DNA from: a bacterium | GTDB taxonomy: Bacteria > Verrucomicrobiota > Verrucomicrobiia > Limisphaerales > UBA11358 | DNA length: 64,000 nt | Direction: 5' to 3' | Assembly: GCA_021817945.1 (NCBI GenBank) | Contig: JAKAFL010000013.1 | Location: forward strand, 4,559 to 68,558 | In this document: one piece after another, positions 44,901 through 54,550 of the stretch | Layout: every line of letters begins with the position of its first letter | Position numbering within the stretch: the stretch's first letter is position 1 | The notes under the pieces: generated by a model | Told to the model about the DNA's origin: nothing | What the model saw: only the letters and a program-made list of their open reading frames with translations | Database searches by the model: none | Program-made: the position numbers and the translations under genes

Positions 44901-45301
44901 ATCACACCGAGGCCAAACGGCTCCTGGATCTGGCCCGTTCCGCGTGCAAGGACCGGAGCGTGCCAATCCCGGAAGTTTATCAGGCGTTCAACAAGGCCAC
45001 CAAGGATGGACGCCGGATGGACGCCTACTCCGAACTGCTCGGCACGGCCATTCGGTCCATGATCGAGCTGAAGGCGGAGAAGGACATTGACAGCCTGTTC
45101 TCCGGCGGCAAAACGACCGCTTTGGTCAATTCCATCAGCGGCCTGGACGATTTTGAGCTGATTGCGTTCATTGTCTTTTATGATCCTTCCAGCGCCGATG
45201 GCGGCACAACCCGGCATGTGATCGAGACCATGCTCAAGAAGCGGGGGGCGAAAGTGACCAGCCAGCTCATCTACGAAATCATGGAACGGGAGGGAATTTG
45301 A
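41912..45301 (+). CDS. SNF2-family helicase associated with type III RM, with an atypical C-terminal tail
   Basis: LADSVGLGKT, IDESHNFR, LSATP, SEGQNLQ, QRFGRIDRIG. Confidence 0.92.
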   Translation: MEVIDNINQLLGDNLKQTITPGSKLKIAASCFSIYAFESLKAELEKIDSLQFIFTSPTFVPGEVTDKLKKEHREFHIPKLERERSLYGSEFEVRLRNELTQRAIAKECAEWMRQKAIFRSNRGNAPMQQFAAVTAGDKESVYLPLHGFTAVDLGYEKGNAVSNFVNRFDERSFTSNYLSLFDQIWSNPEKLEDVTARLCEHIASVYQENSPERIYFLMLYNIFSEFLEDITADVLPNDRTGYQDSLVWKKLFNFQRDAATGIINKLETYNGCILADSVGLGKTFTALAVIKYYELRNRSVLVLCPKKLTDNWLTYRGNLITNIFAKDRFGYDVLCHTDLLRESGLSVSGMPLNRVNWGNYDLVVIDESHNFRNNDLYRERETRYQRLLNQVVRQGVKTKVLMLSATPVNNRFSDLKNQLALAYEGDPENLSSKLKSDKHIDEIFRRAQAAFNAWSALPPAERTATAILNALDFDFFEVLDSVTIARSRRHIQTYYDTKDIGTFPERLKPLSFHCQLTHRKDVIGFNEIFDRLSKLSLAVYAPLSYVQPSRLSGYEELYDPDSDQGHENLKQSGREKGIQALMTVNLLKRLESSVHSFRLTLKSLAGNHQSTLDKIAAYKKTGRDATFADVSAAFADVEPDDDDEPPNPEDSQIGSKVQIKLSDMDIPSWEQELSADLVIINDLISEMEKVTPSDDAKLQHLKTTILSKLASPINQGNRKVLIFTAFADTADYLFDHLSPFFLESQSIHTAEVTGGNRRQRSTLKKNYDFQSLLTLFSPLSKQKAAILPKEPDEIDLLIGTDCISEGQNLQDCDYLVNYDIHWNPVRIIQRFGRIDRIGSQNASIQLVNYWPDITLDDYINLKERVENRMIIADVTATGDDNPLDSRANDVAYRREQLRRLQDEVVELEDLKTGISITDLGLNDFRMDLVNYVKTHADLASLPNGMHAVVAAAPERGLVPGAIFALRNRNDSVNINRQNRLHPYYLVYIAQDGTIVANHTEAKRLLDLARSACKDRSVPIPEVYQAFNKATKDGRRMDAYSELLGTAIRSMIELKAEKDIDSLFSGGKTTALVNSISGLDDFELIAFIVFYDPSSADGGTTRHVIETMLKKRGAKVTSQLIYEIMEREGI

Positions 45302-45305
45302 CGCC

Positions 45306-45716
45306 ATGTTCCTGCTCGACATTAATGTCCTGATCGCCCTGGCCGATCCTGATCACGAGCACCACGGGAAGGCCGAATCCTTTTTCCTCGCGAACCACCG
45401 GCTCGGTTGGGCGACCTGTCCGCTGACGGAAAATGGCTTTGTCCGCATCCTCGGCAGTGCCAGCTATCCCAAAGGTCCGGACAGTTCGGATGCCGCCTGC
45501 GCCATTTTGAAACACCTATGCGCCCAGCCGGGTCATCGTTTCTGGACCGACGACCTTTCGCTCCGGGGTTCGCCAAATCTGCCCGTCTCCAAACATTTGA
45601 CCGATCATTATCTGCTCAGTCTGGCTATGCATCGCCAGGGCAAACTCGTCACGTTCGACCGCCATATTCAGGCTGGGAGGATTCCCGGCGGAGCCGCCGC
45701 ATATCTGGTGATTTGA
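45306..45716 (+). CDS. vapC: PIN-domain VapC-family ribonuclease toxin
   Basis: LLDINVLIAL, TENGFVRI, LTDHYLL, LVTFD acidic tetrad. Confidence 0.9.
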   Translation: MFLLDINVLIALADPDHEHHGKAESFFLANHRLGWATCPLTENGFVRILGSASYPKGPDSSDAACAILKHLCAQPGHRFWTDDLSLRGSPNLPVSKHLTDHYLLSLAMHRQGKLVTFDRHIQAGRIPGGAAAYLVI

Positions 45717-45721
45717 CTGCC

Positions 45722-46378
45722 ATGTTTGCCTATCCACGACAAACTGAATTCAACCGCCCGGTCCCCAAAACCAAAATTTACGCGCACGCCCGCGCCTCCA
45801 AACGTCTCAAGGAACTTTTTGTGGCCCAGGTTGGAGAAATCGTATGGAAATACAAACTGTCGCCCGAGACGGTCAACCTGCCGGCGCGGAATGGCATCTC
45901 TGAAATCCAGGTGTTTGAACTGATGCTCAAGACGCCGGAACTGGACGACGCCGTGCTCGCGACGCTGGACAAAGCCATCCCGTTCCCGCTGCTTTTCCAG
46001 CTCGTTCATGACGGGCAAATCCGCTTTGCCGCCGCTTACAAACGCCCCAGCGAAGCGGACGCTTCCAAATGGGTCGTGGAAGCCCGGTTTCAAACCGGCC
46101 CGCAGCCGGTGGGCGCGGAACGTCCGCCGTTGCCGGTGGCCCTGGATCTCGCCGGCCTTTACGAACAGCTCGTTCGCCGTCACATTGCGTTGCCGCCGCG
46201 CGCGGGAGAAGGCATCATGGAACACGTGACTCGTTTTAATGCGATTACGGCAAAACAACACACCAGACGGCAACTGGAAACCCGTCTGGCCCAAGAAAAG
46301 CAATTTAACCGAAAAGTAGAAATGAACGCCGCACTACGTTCGCTAATGAATGAAATCAGGAGCCTGGCACACATTTAA
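45722..46378 (+). CDS. DUF4391 family protein
   Basis: PKTKIY, IVWKYKL...VNL, EIQVF, DKAIP, EKQFNRKVEMN; usual position between helicase and mod. Confidence 0.85.
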   Translation: MFAYPRQTEFNRPVPKTKIYAHARASKRLKELFVAQVGEIVWKYKLSPETVNLPARNGISEIQVFELMLKTPELDDAVLATLDKAIPFPLLFQLVHDGQIRFAAAYKRPSEADASKWVVEARFQTGPQPVGAERPPLPVALDLAGLYEQLVRRHIALPPRAGEGIMEHVTRFNAITAKQHTRRQLETRLAQEKQFNRKVEMNAALRSLMNEIRSLAHI

Positions 46379-46387
46379 AATATCTCG

Positions 46388-47449
46388 ATGAAATCCCTAA
46401 TCCAATTGCAACTCCCGTCCGGCCGGAAAACCGAGTCTGTTGATCAAGCAATTTTGACATTATCTTCGAGCGTAAAATGGGAGCAAATTTCAGCGGCAGT
46501 AGCGTATTCGTCCTTAGCAGGCGTCGCTAGACTTCACGAAGTTGTTTACTCGGTTCAGCCGGAAGTTTCGTTCAGGTGGCTGCTGGGGCTTGATGACTAT
46601 GTAACTCAACCCGGAGCAATTGATTTCTGCTGTTCAATCAAAAATTCAGTTGTCAAAGTTTATTCGTCCAAGACGCCAAGAACACGTTTCCATCCGAAAG
46701 TGCTTCTGTTTGATTCCGTAACTAGCTATCCGTCTTCTTCAATGATTGTTGGTTCCGCTAATTTAACATTCGCTGCGCTCAATCGTAACTGCGAAGCTAT
46801 TGCGGTTCTCGCCGCACAAAATCACGACGAGCAAAACCTAATGCGCTCACGGTTCAATTCATTGTGGAAACTCGGCACAGAACCAACTTCCTCTATTCTG
46901 GCCGACTATCGGAAGAAATTTGAAAAGCATCGTAAATCCCGTGCTTTCCTTTTGGATACAGAAAGTGAGAGTTCAGCAAATAAGGGCCAAATTCTCCATT
47001 CAGACGCAGCCATCATCAATCCCGGTTCGGCAACTGTATGCTGGATTGAGGTGGGAAAAAACACGGCAATGGGAAAGGAGCTAGAAGTTAAAGGTGAACA
47101 AGTGCGATTTTTTGGACTTGAGCCAACCGGAGAAGCTGCTGCTTTCCGTGATTTTCGCGTTTCAAGTGGAGACACGGTTCCACTTCGCTTGAAATATCAG
47201 GGTAATGCGATGTGGCGATTGCAACTCCACTCAAACGTTCCAGAGGTTGCCACTGGACTTCGGCCAATTGTCAATGGACGACTTGGACGAAGTCCATACG
47301 TTGCAGTCTTCAAACGGATTACCAAAGAAAACCTTTATTCTCTATCGTTTCCAAGATGCGACTCAGAAGAATTTGCAAAAATCCGAAAACAGTCGGAAAT
47401 CTCTGGAACAATAGGAAGCACTTCGTCGCGAGAATACGGCTGGTATTAA
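46388..47449 (+). CDS. Phospholipase D (HKD)-family nuclease
   Basis: AVAY, FHPKVLLFD (HxKxxxxD), VGSANLT....NCEA as in BfiI/NgoFVII-like nucleases. Confidence 0.82.
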   Translation: MKSLIQLQLPSGRKTESVDQAILTLSSSVKWEQISAAVAYSSLAGVARLHEVVYSVQPEVSFRWLLGLDDYVTQPGAIDFCCSIKNSVVKVYSSKTPRTRFHPKVLLFDSVTSYPSSSMIVGSANLTFAALNRNCEAIAVLAAQNHDEQNLMRSRFNSLWKLGTEPTSSILADYRKKFEKHRKSRAFLLDTESESSANKGQILHSDAAIINPGSATVCWIEVGKNTAMGKELEVKGEQVRFFGLEPTGEAAAFRDFRVSSGDTVPLRLKYQGNAMWRLQLHSNVPEVATGLRPIVNGRLGRSPYVAVFKRITKENLYSLSFPRCDSEEFAKIRKQSEISGTIGSTSSREYGWY

Positions 47450-47461
47450 ATAATCAATCAA

Positions 47462-49330
47462 ATGAACAAACTCAAACTTCATTCACTAGATTGCACTAAA
47501 GAGCGAGTAATGCAGATTGCCACATTATTTCCACATTGTATCACGGAAGCTAAAGACGATAATGGGACGCCTTTTCAGGCTGTAGATTTTGATCTGTTGC
47601 GACAAGAGCTGTCATCCTTTGTTGTTGATGGCCCAACTGAGCGATATGGACTGAACTGGCCTGGTAAACGCGAAGCGTTAGTGACCGCAAATATGCCAGT
47701 GGCAAAAACACTGCGCCCAGCCGTTTCGGAAAGTGTTGAATTTAATGACACACAGAACTTGCTTATTGAGGGTGACAATCTTGATGGCCTGAAACTCCTA
47801 CAAGAAACATTTCTCAACAGAATTAAAATCATCTGCATCGATCCCCCATACAATACAGGTCAGGATTTTCTTTACGAAGACGACTTTGCTGAAAACCTTG
47901 AGACTTACTTGGAAAAAAGCAATCAGAGGGACGAATTGGGAAGCCGTTTGATAACCAACACAGAGTCAAACGGTCGCTTTCACTCTGACTGGCTTTCGAT
48001 GATGTATCCACGGCTAAAACTTGCTCGAAACCTTCTTCGGGAAGATGGTGTGATCTTCATTACGATTTCTGACGTAGAAGTCGGAAATTTACGAAAGCTG
48101 TGCGATGAAGTTTTCGGCGAAGCAAACTTTGTAGCCAACATAATTTGGCAGAAAAAATATACTCGTGCAAACGATGCAAAATGGTTTTCCGATAACCATG
48201 ATCACGTCCTTTGTTTCGCTAGGGACAAAAGTTGTCTTCGTCTGAACAGTCTTCCGCGTAGTGAAGAACAGCTTTCTGCGTATTCAAACCCTGACAATCA
48301 TCCTAAGGGGCGCTGGAAGGCCACACCACTTCACGCGAAAAGTGGCACCAACACAAAATCCTACACGTTTCTCAACGGAACTACTTGGGCGCCGCCTGCC
48401 GGCACTTTTCGTCGCTTTAATGATGATTCAATGCGGGAAATGGATAAAGGAAATGAAATTTGGTTCGGCGCAGATGGGAAGCAGACACCGAGCAGGAAAA
48501 GCTTTCTCAACGAAATCAAAGCCGGTGTAGTGCCAGTCACAATTTGGCCTTACGATGAGGTTGGACACAATCACGAAGCTAACAACGAACTCAAGGAACT
48601 AGGGTTGAATGGAGTCTTTGACAACCCTAAACCGTCACGACTATTTAAGCGGGCTATTTTTCTTGCTAGTTCGTCGCAGAAAGATGACATCGTTTTGGAT
48701 TTCTTCGCCGGATCGGCAACGACTGCAAGTGCGGTGATGAAACTAAACGCCGAAGATGGCGGAAACAGGCGGTTTATTCTGATGCAATTAGCCGAGCCAT
48801 GCAACAAGGCATCCGAGGCATTTAAAGCTGGTTTTACATCCATTTGTGACGTTAGCAAAGAGCGAATTCGCCGAGCTGGCACTAAGATCAAAGCCGAAAA
48901 TGCCACGACGGCTCCTAACCTCGACATTGGCTTCCGCGTCCTGAAGATTGACACGTCGAACATGGCGGACGTGTATTACGCACCGGACGTGGTGAAGCAG
49001 GCCGACCTGGTGGCGCACACGGACAACCTCAAGCCCGACCGGACGCCGGAGGATTTGCTCTTTCAAGTGCTGGTGGATTGGGGCGTGGACCTGTCCCTCC
49101 CCATCCAGCCGGAAACGATTGCCGGCAAGAAGGTGTTCTTCGTGGATGGCAACGCGCTGGCCGCCTGTTTCGATCCCAAAATCAGCGAAGACCTGGTGAA
49201 GGCGCTGGCCCAACGCAAACCGCTCCGCGCCGTCTTCCGCGACAGCAGCTACGCCAGCGACAGCACCAAGATCAACGTGGAGCAAATTTTCAAGCTCCTC
49301 AGCCCGGAAACCGAAGTGAAGTCGCTGTAA
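47462..49330 (+). CDS. mod: Type III restriction-modification methyltransferase
   Basis: IEGDNL, IDPPYNTG, HSDWLSMMYPRL, NPKP, LDFFAGSATT. Confidence 0.95.
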   Translation: MNKLKLHSLDCTKERVMQIATLFPHCITEAKDDNGTPFQAVDFDLLRQELSSFVVDGPTERYGLNWPGKREALVTANMPVAKTLRPAVSESVEFNDTQNLLIEGDNLDGLKLLQETFLNRIKIICIDPPYNTGQDFLYEDDFAENLETYLEKSNQRDELGSRLITNTESNGRFHSDWLSMMYPRLKLARNLLREDGVIFITISDVEVGNLRKLCDEVFGEANFVANIIWQKKYTRANDAKWFSDNHDHVLCFARDKSCLRLNSLPRSEEQLSAYSNPDNHPKGRWKATPLHAKSGTNTKSYTFLNGTTWAPPAGTFRRFNDDSMREMDKGNEIWFGADGKQTPSRKSFLNEIKAGVVPVTIWPYDEVGHNHEANNELKELGLNGVFDNPKPSRLFKRAIFLASSSQKDDIVLDFFAGSATTASAVMKLNAEDGGNRRFILMQLAEPCNKASEAFKAGFTSICDVSKERIRRAGTKIKAENATTAPNLDIGFRVLKIDTSNMADVYYAPDVVKQADLVAHTDNLKPDRTPEDLLFQVLVDWGVDLSLPIQPETIAGKKVFFVDGNALAACFDPKISEDLVKALAQRKPLRAVFRDSSYASDSTKINVEQIFKLLSPETEVKSL

Positions 49331-49333
49331 GTC

Positions 49334-52300
49334 ATGAAGCTGAAATTCAAACAGCAGCGCTACCAGACGGATGCCGTCAAGGCGGTGGTGGATTGCTTCG
49401 CCGGCCAGCCCAAAAGCAAAGGGTTCAAATATGCAGTGGATCCCGGTCGCACGGCGGCTGGAGCGGCGGCCGCTTTGCCCGGCACCGAAGCGGAAGGTTT
49501 CGCCAACGAAAAAATCGCCCTCTCCCACGCCCAGGTGCTGGGAAATTTGCAAGCCGTCCAGCGGCGGCAAAATCTCACCGTCTCGCCCGAACTGAAAAAG
49601 ACTTCCGTCTGCGACGTGAATCTGGATGTGGAGATGGAAACCGGCACGGGCAAGACGTATTGCTACATCAAGACGATGTTTGAGCTGCACCGGGAATACG
49701 GCTGGGGTAAGTTCATCGTGGTGGTGCCCAGCATCGCCATCCGGGAAGGCGTCATGCAGTCCTTCGAGCTGATGACGGAACATTTCCTGGAACAATACGG
49801 CAAGCGCGTCCGCTTTTTCATTTATAACTCCAAGCAATTGCACAATCTGGAGAGCTTTTCCTCCGATGCCGGCATCAACGTGATGATCATCAATGTGCAG
49901 GCTTTCAATGCGCGGGGCGAGGATGCCCGGCGCATTTATGCGGAGCTGGATGATTTTCAATCGCGCCGGCCCATTGATGTGATTTCCAAGAACCGCCCCA
50001 TCCTGATCCTGGATGAACCGCAGAAAATGGAAGGCAAGGCGACGACGGAGAAGCTGGCGGAGTTCCATCCGCTGATGATTCTGCGCTATTCCGCCACACA
50101 CAAGACCGAGCACAACAAGGTGTATCGGCTGGATGCCATTGACGCCTACAACCAGAAGCTGGTGAAAAAGATCGCCGTGCGCGGCATCACGGTCAAGGGG
50201 CTGTCCGGCACGAACGCCTATCTTTATCTGGAATCCATCAAGATTTCGACCACCAAGCCGCCGGAAGCGCGGGCCGAGCTGGAGATTCAGCAAAAGAGTG
50301 GCATCAAGCGCGTGTTGCGCATGTTGCGCAAGAACGACAATCTTCACGCTTTGTCCGACGGCTTGGAGCAATATCGCGGCTTCGTGGTGTCCGACATCAA
50401 TGCGATTGAGAACACCATCAGCTTCACCAATGGCGTCGTGCTTGGTGCCGGTGAGGCCACCGGTGACGTGAGCGAATCCGCCTTGCGCCGTATCCAGATT
50501 CGCGAGGCCATCAAGGCGCATTTTGAAAAGGAAAAACTGCTCTTTGCCCAGGGTATCAAGGTGCTGTCCCTGTTCTTCATTGATGAAGTCGCAAAATATC
50601 GCAGCTATAACGAGACCGGCGAACAGGCTGGTGAATATGCCCAGGTGTTCGAGGAGGAATACAACAGCCAGCTTAATGAAGTGCTGACCCTGGAAGACAC
50701 GCCCTACAACCGCTATCTCAAAGGCATTCAAACCAGCCTGACGCACGACGGCTATTTCTCCATAGACAAAAAAACGAACCGGCTGGTGAATCCCGAAGTG
50801 GAGGCGCGCGGCGAATCCGCCGGCGAGGCCAAAGATGTGGATGCCTACGATCTCATATTGCGGGACAAGGCGCGCCTGCTGAATTTCGATGAACCGGTGC
50901 GATTCATCTTCTCCCATTCTGCGTTGCGGGAGGGCTGGGATAACCCGAATGTCTTTGTCATTTGCACATTGAAACACAGCGACAACACGGTGTCGCGGCG
51001 TCAGGAAGTCGGGCGCGGTATGCGCCTCTGCGTAAACCAAAACGGGGATCGGATGGATGATCCAGCCATTGTCCATCAGGTGAACGTGCTGACTGTGGTG
51101 GCCAACGAGAGCTACAAGAATTTTGTTGCCGGCTTGCAAAAGGACATCAGCAACTCGCTGTCAGCCCGGCCCAAGCAGGCCAACCAGGAGTATTTCACGG
51201 ACAAGGTGCTCAAGACACCGACGGGCGATGTGAAGGTGACACCGCAGTTGGCCAAGCTGATCGAGCGTTATCTGGTGAAAAACGATTATTCCGACACCGA
51301 CGAGCGTATCACCGAAGATTACCATCAGGCCAAAAAGGAGGGCGCACTGGCTCCGTTGCCGGCAGAACTGGAGCCTTTCAAGGAGCAGGTCTTTCAACTC
51401 ATTGACAGCGTGTTCAGCACGTCGCAGTTGCCCGAAATTGACGATGACCGCCAGGGCAAGGTGAACCCACTCAATGCCAATTTTGAGAAGAAGGAATTTC
51501 AAGAGCTGTGGGGCCGCATCAACCGCAAAGCCATTTACGCTGTTGATTTTGAAACCAACGAGCTGGTTACGAAGTGCATCAAAACACTCGACAAAGAACT
51601 CAAAGTGACGCCACTGCAATACACGGTGACTGCCGGAGAACAGACCCAGGAGGCCACTTATGAGGCGATGAAAAAGGGCGACGCGTTTGTGCTGAAGGAA
51701 AACGCCACCGGCCACCTGACCAGCTCGGCGCGCTCCGCCGTGAAATATGACCTCATCGGGAAACTGGCAGAAGCCACCCAACTGACGCGGCAGACCATCG
51801 CGGGCATCTTGCGGGGCATCAATGTTGCGGTATTCAGCCAATACAAAACCAACCCGGAAGATTTTATTCTTAAGGCCGGCACGCTCATCAACGAGCAGAA
51901 GGCCACGGTCATTGTCGAACACCTCGCCTACGATCCGCTGGAGGACAGCTACGGCATTGACATTTTCACGCAGGAGAAAAAGGAGGACTTGAGCAAAGGC
52001 TTCAAAGCAACCCGGCACATTTACGACTACGTCTTCACCGACTCCTCCAACGAACGGACCTTCGTCGGCGAACTGGATGCCAGCTCGGAGGTGGTCGTTT
52101 ACGCAAAATTGCCGAAAGCCTTCCACATCCCGACGCCCGTGGGAAACTACAATCCCGACTGGGCCATCGCCTTTCAATCCGGCAAAGTGAAGCACATCTA
52201 TTTCGTGGCCGAAACCAAAGGCTCCATGTCCTCTATGGATTTGCGAAAGATCGAAGAATCCAAGATCGAATGCGCCCGCAAATTTTTCGCCAGGATCACC

Positions 52301-52363
52301 AGCGCCCAGGTGAAATATGACGTCGTGAACAGCTATGGAAAATTAATGGAATTGGTGAAGTAA
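49334..52363 (+). CDS. res: Type III restriction endonuclease
   Basis: [34 protein letters not shown]...ETKG nuclease motif. Confidence 0.95.
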   Translation: MKLKFKQQRYQTDAVKAVVDCFAGQPKSKGFKYAVDPGRTAAGAAAALPGTEAEGFANEKIALSHAQVLGNLQAVQRRQNLTVSPELKKTSVCDVNLDVEMETGTGKTYCYIKTMFELHREYGWGKFIVVVPSIAIREGVMQSFELMTEHFLEQYGKRVRFFIYNSKQLHNLESFSSDAGINVMIINVQAFNARGEDARRIYAELDDFQSRRPIDVISKNRPILILDEPQKMEGKATTEKLAEFHPLMILRYSATHKTEHNKVYRLDAIDAYNQKLVKKIAVRGITVKGLSGTNAYLYLESIKISTTKPPEARAELEIQQKSGIKRVLRMLRKNDNLHALSDGLEQYRGFVVSDINAIENTISFTNGVVLGAGEATGDVSESALRRIQIREAIKAHFEKEKLLFAQGIKVLSLFFIDEVAKYRSYNETGEQAGEYAQVFEEEYNSQLNEVLTLEDTPYNRYLKGIQTSLTHDGYFSIDKKTNRLVNPEVEARGESAGEAKDVDAYDLILRDKARLLNFDEPVRFIFSHSALREGWDNPNVFVICTLKHSDNTVSRRQEVGRGMRLCVNQNGDRMDDPAIVHQVNVLTVVANESYKNFVAGLQKDISNSLSARPKQANQEYFTDKVLKTPTGDVKVTPQLAKLIERYLVKNDYSDTDERITEDYHQAKKEGALAPLPAELEPFKEQVFQLIDSVFSTSQLPEIDDDRQGKVNPLNANFEKKEFQELWGRINRKAIYAVDFETNELVTKCIKTLDKELKVTPLQYTVTAGEQTQEATYEAMKKGDAFVLKENATGHLTSSARSAVKYDLIGKLAEATQLTRQTIAGILRGINVAVFSQYKTNPEDFILKAGTLINEQKATVIVEHLAYDPLEDSYGIDIFTQEKKEDLSKGFKATRHIYDYVFTDSSNERTFVGELDASSEVVVYAKLPKAFHIPTPVGNYNPDWAIAFQSGKVKHIYFVAETKGSMSSMDLRKIEESKIECARKFFARITSAQVKYDVVNSYGKLMELVK

Positions 52364-52379
52364 CCACGTATAAACAACC

Positions 52380-52582
52380 GTATCCGTGTCAGCAAGCCCG
52401 TCTGGTGCCGGCAGTCTGGCTGTGATAGACTGCCGGGACCTCAGGAGATTCTGAGGTGAGCGGCTTTCCAAGCGGAGGGCGTAAGCTGCGCCACCCGGGC
52501 GGCTGGCCAATCGCCAAGCCGGGCCAGGACATCCATCAAATAGGCCCGCAAGTTCGCGTCCAATCAGCGGCACGCCTCCACG
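52380..52582 (-). mobile_element. IS66 right-end remnant
   Basis: Reverse-complement homology to ~17330-17531 including the terminal GTATCCGTGTCAGCAA. Confidence 0.85.
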
Positions 52583-52737
52583 CTCGGAGCGCAGTTCCAT
52601 GAAAAGGCCGCCGGGCCATTGAAGCCGGTAAGCTGACGCCACACCGGGCTGGGGCAGGAGATTGGGTACAGGCAAAAAGGCGGCGGCACTGCCTCATCTT
52701 TTTTATAATTCCTTTTGAAAGCCAATGCTTTCCAAAA

Positions 52738-52763
52738 TGGCGGAAGGGGTGGGATTCGTGCCC
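52738..52763 (-). other. tRNA 3'-end duplicate (probable attachment-site scar, tRNA-Ser-like)
   Basis: Minus strand GGGCACGAATCCCACCCCTTCCGCCA = T-arm 3' half, acceptor strand and CCA; no 5' tRNA half adjacent. Confidence 0.7.
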
Positions 52764-52934
52764 GAAATTTCAATATTTCATGGCTAAAATACACGATTTC
52801 ATGGGCAATTCAAGCATATTCCGAAACTGCTCTGGATAACTTCCTGATACTTTTTGCTGACACTTTTACTGACAGTGCTTCCAATGCAATTAGATGAGAT
52901 AAGATGTCGAACATCGGGCGACGCCTGGCCATTT

Positions 52935-54023
52935 TCAATACGGTGGTGCCAATCGTCTAAACCCGTGAACTAGGACTGCGCTGATGAAAACAAAATTGCG
53001 CAATACGATTGCAGGCCAAAAGCAACCGATGGAACCAGCCGGTTTTCCACAAAAATTTTGTTCGGCCAATCTTACAGCAATTTTCTGCATATACGAAACC
53101 GACCTTGGCCATTCCCATATTTTATCAACCCATTCAGTTGGAATTCCGTTTTTCCCAACGACAGCGCCCGACAGCGCTCCAAGGATTGCACCAACAGTAT
53201 CCGTATCCCCACCGCAATCCAGAGCAGCGGCGAGCGCGGTGCGGAATTCGTCTGGATGCCGCAGCCATGCGTATAGCGCCACGGGAACGACGTGCAAAGA
53301 ATAACCGGTCACACCACGCTTCAAATTCAAACTGCGGACAAAATCTGACACGTTATGATCCGCCGCCAGAGAGGATTTCATTTTGGAAATGATACCCTGC
53401 CATTCTGATTCCTCCGAAAGCGCGGCAAGAGCATCAAACACCTTTGAAGCGTCTCCATGCTGGGTAGTCATTGCCAACGCTGCGGATTCGGCTACGGCCA
53501 AGGCAGCGATGTCTGCTTGCCAACTCCGGTGGGTCAACCGCGTTGACGCCAACACGAATGCCTTCCTTTGTTCCGGCTTCGTGGCGAAATAGGCTCCGAT
53601 GATGGCGCTGCGCATTGGCGGGCCGCTGCCAGCCGAGACAACCGCACATTTTTCTGGGCGAAATCCCATCCACATTTTGATGCAGGATTTGGCAGTGGCC
53701 AAGCCAACGCCACCTGGCAACGCAGCAAACCACCAACGGAATTTCCACGCAAGAGCACGTTGAAATTCGGTCGCACTGTCTGGGTGTTCAAGCAAAGCCT
53801 GTGCAACCATCAAAGTGTGTTCGGTATCATCGCTGACCATCCCTTTGCCGAAAATGAACCGCATTCTCCATTTACCTTTCCAGCGTTTGTGGATTTTCTC
53901 AGCCGAAAGATTTTCTGCGGGCAACCCAAGCGCATCTCCCACAGCCGTGCCAAGCAACAGGCCGGCAAAGCGATCGTTCAAAGTTAAGTTCGGCGCAGGT
54001 GAACTGGTTGCCGGGGCATTCAT
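52935..54023 (-). CDS. ADP-ribosylglycohydrolase (ARH/DraG family)
   Basis: GTAVGDALG, SDDTE, GGDTDTVGAI; ATGA overlap with upstream gene. Confidence 0.92.
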   Translation of the reverse strand: MNAPATSSPAPNLTLNDRFAGLLLGTAVGDALGLPAENLSAEKIHKRWKGKWRMRFIFGKGMVSDDTEHTLMVAQALLEHPDSATEFQRALAWKFRWWFAALPGGVGLATAKSCIKMWMGFRPEKCAVVSAGSGPPMRSAIIGAYFATKPEQRKAFVLASTRLTHRSWQADIAALAVAESAALAMTTQHGDASKVFDALAALSEESEWQGIISKMKSSLAADHNVSDFVRSLNLKRGVTGYSLHVVPVALYAWLRHPDEFRTALAAALDCGGDTDTVGAILGALSGAVVGKNGIPTEWVDKIWEWPRSVSYMQKIAVRLAEQNFCGKPAGSIGCFWPAIVLRNFVFISAVLVHGFRRLAPPY

Positions 54024-54550
54024 TTGTTCTGGTTGATGAAGAACAGGCCCGCAAAAACTTTTGGGTCTATCAAAACACCAGTTCGCGCCTTGGCCTCCAA
54101 CCATGGAATTATCTCCGCCAACGAAATCTCATGAACGATGATGTCCTCATGCGCTACGCCACCGCCTTCGCCGACCCGACTCAAGCCGAGGGCACGAAAT
54201 AGTGTAACGCGTTCTGAGGTGATGCCGCTACAAGCCGGACCAGTGGTTAAAGGTTCAATTTGTTTCGCGTCGTATCCGGTTTCCTCCAGCAATTCACGGC
54301 GCGCAGCTTCAGCGTGAGTCTCGTTCGTGCTGTCCGGTTCATCTCCAATGATGCCTGCCGGCAATTCAATCGTCCGCGCATGAACAGGAATCCGATATTG
54401 TTCCACCAGCAGCATTTTATTTTCCTGGGTCACGGCGACGATCAAAGCCGCGCCTGTGGCGTTGACCCGATCAGCGAATTCCCAATGGCCTTCTTTCACC
54501 AGAGACAGAAACTTGCCGGTATGCAGCGTGGTTTGGGTGGTTTGGTTCAT
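54020..54550 (-). CDS. Nudix hydrolase, ADP-ribose pyrophosphatase type
   Basis: EQYRIP, ELPAG...AARRELLEETG Nudix box. Confidence 0.9.
   Translation of the reverse strand: MNQTTQTTLHTGKFLSLVKEGHWEFADRVNATGAALIVAVTQENKMLLVEQYRIPVHARTIELPAGIIGDEPDSTNETHAEAARRELLEETGYDAKQIEPLTTGPACSGITSERVTLFRALGLSRVGEGGGVAHEDIIVHEISLAEIIPWLEAKARTGVLIDPKVFAGLFFINQNK

Noticed and set aside
48788-51139. 783-aa minus-strand ORF (also 42269-43228, 44225-45322, 51161-52195)
   Set aside because: Antisense shadows of the GC3-biased helicase/mod/res genes; no recognisable motifs
39733-52398. Composite transposon around the whole defence island
   Set aside because: The IS66 ends at 39733 and 52380 are in direct, not inverted, orientation, with no target duplication
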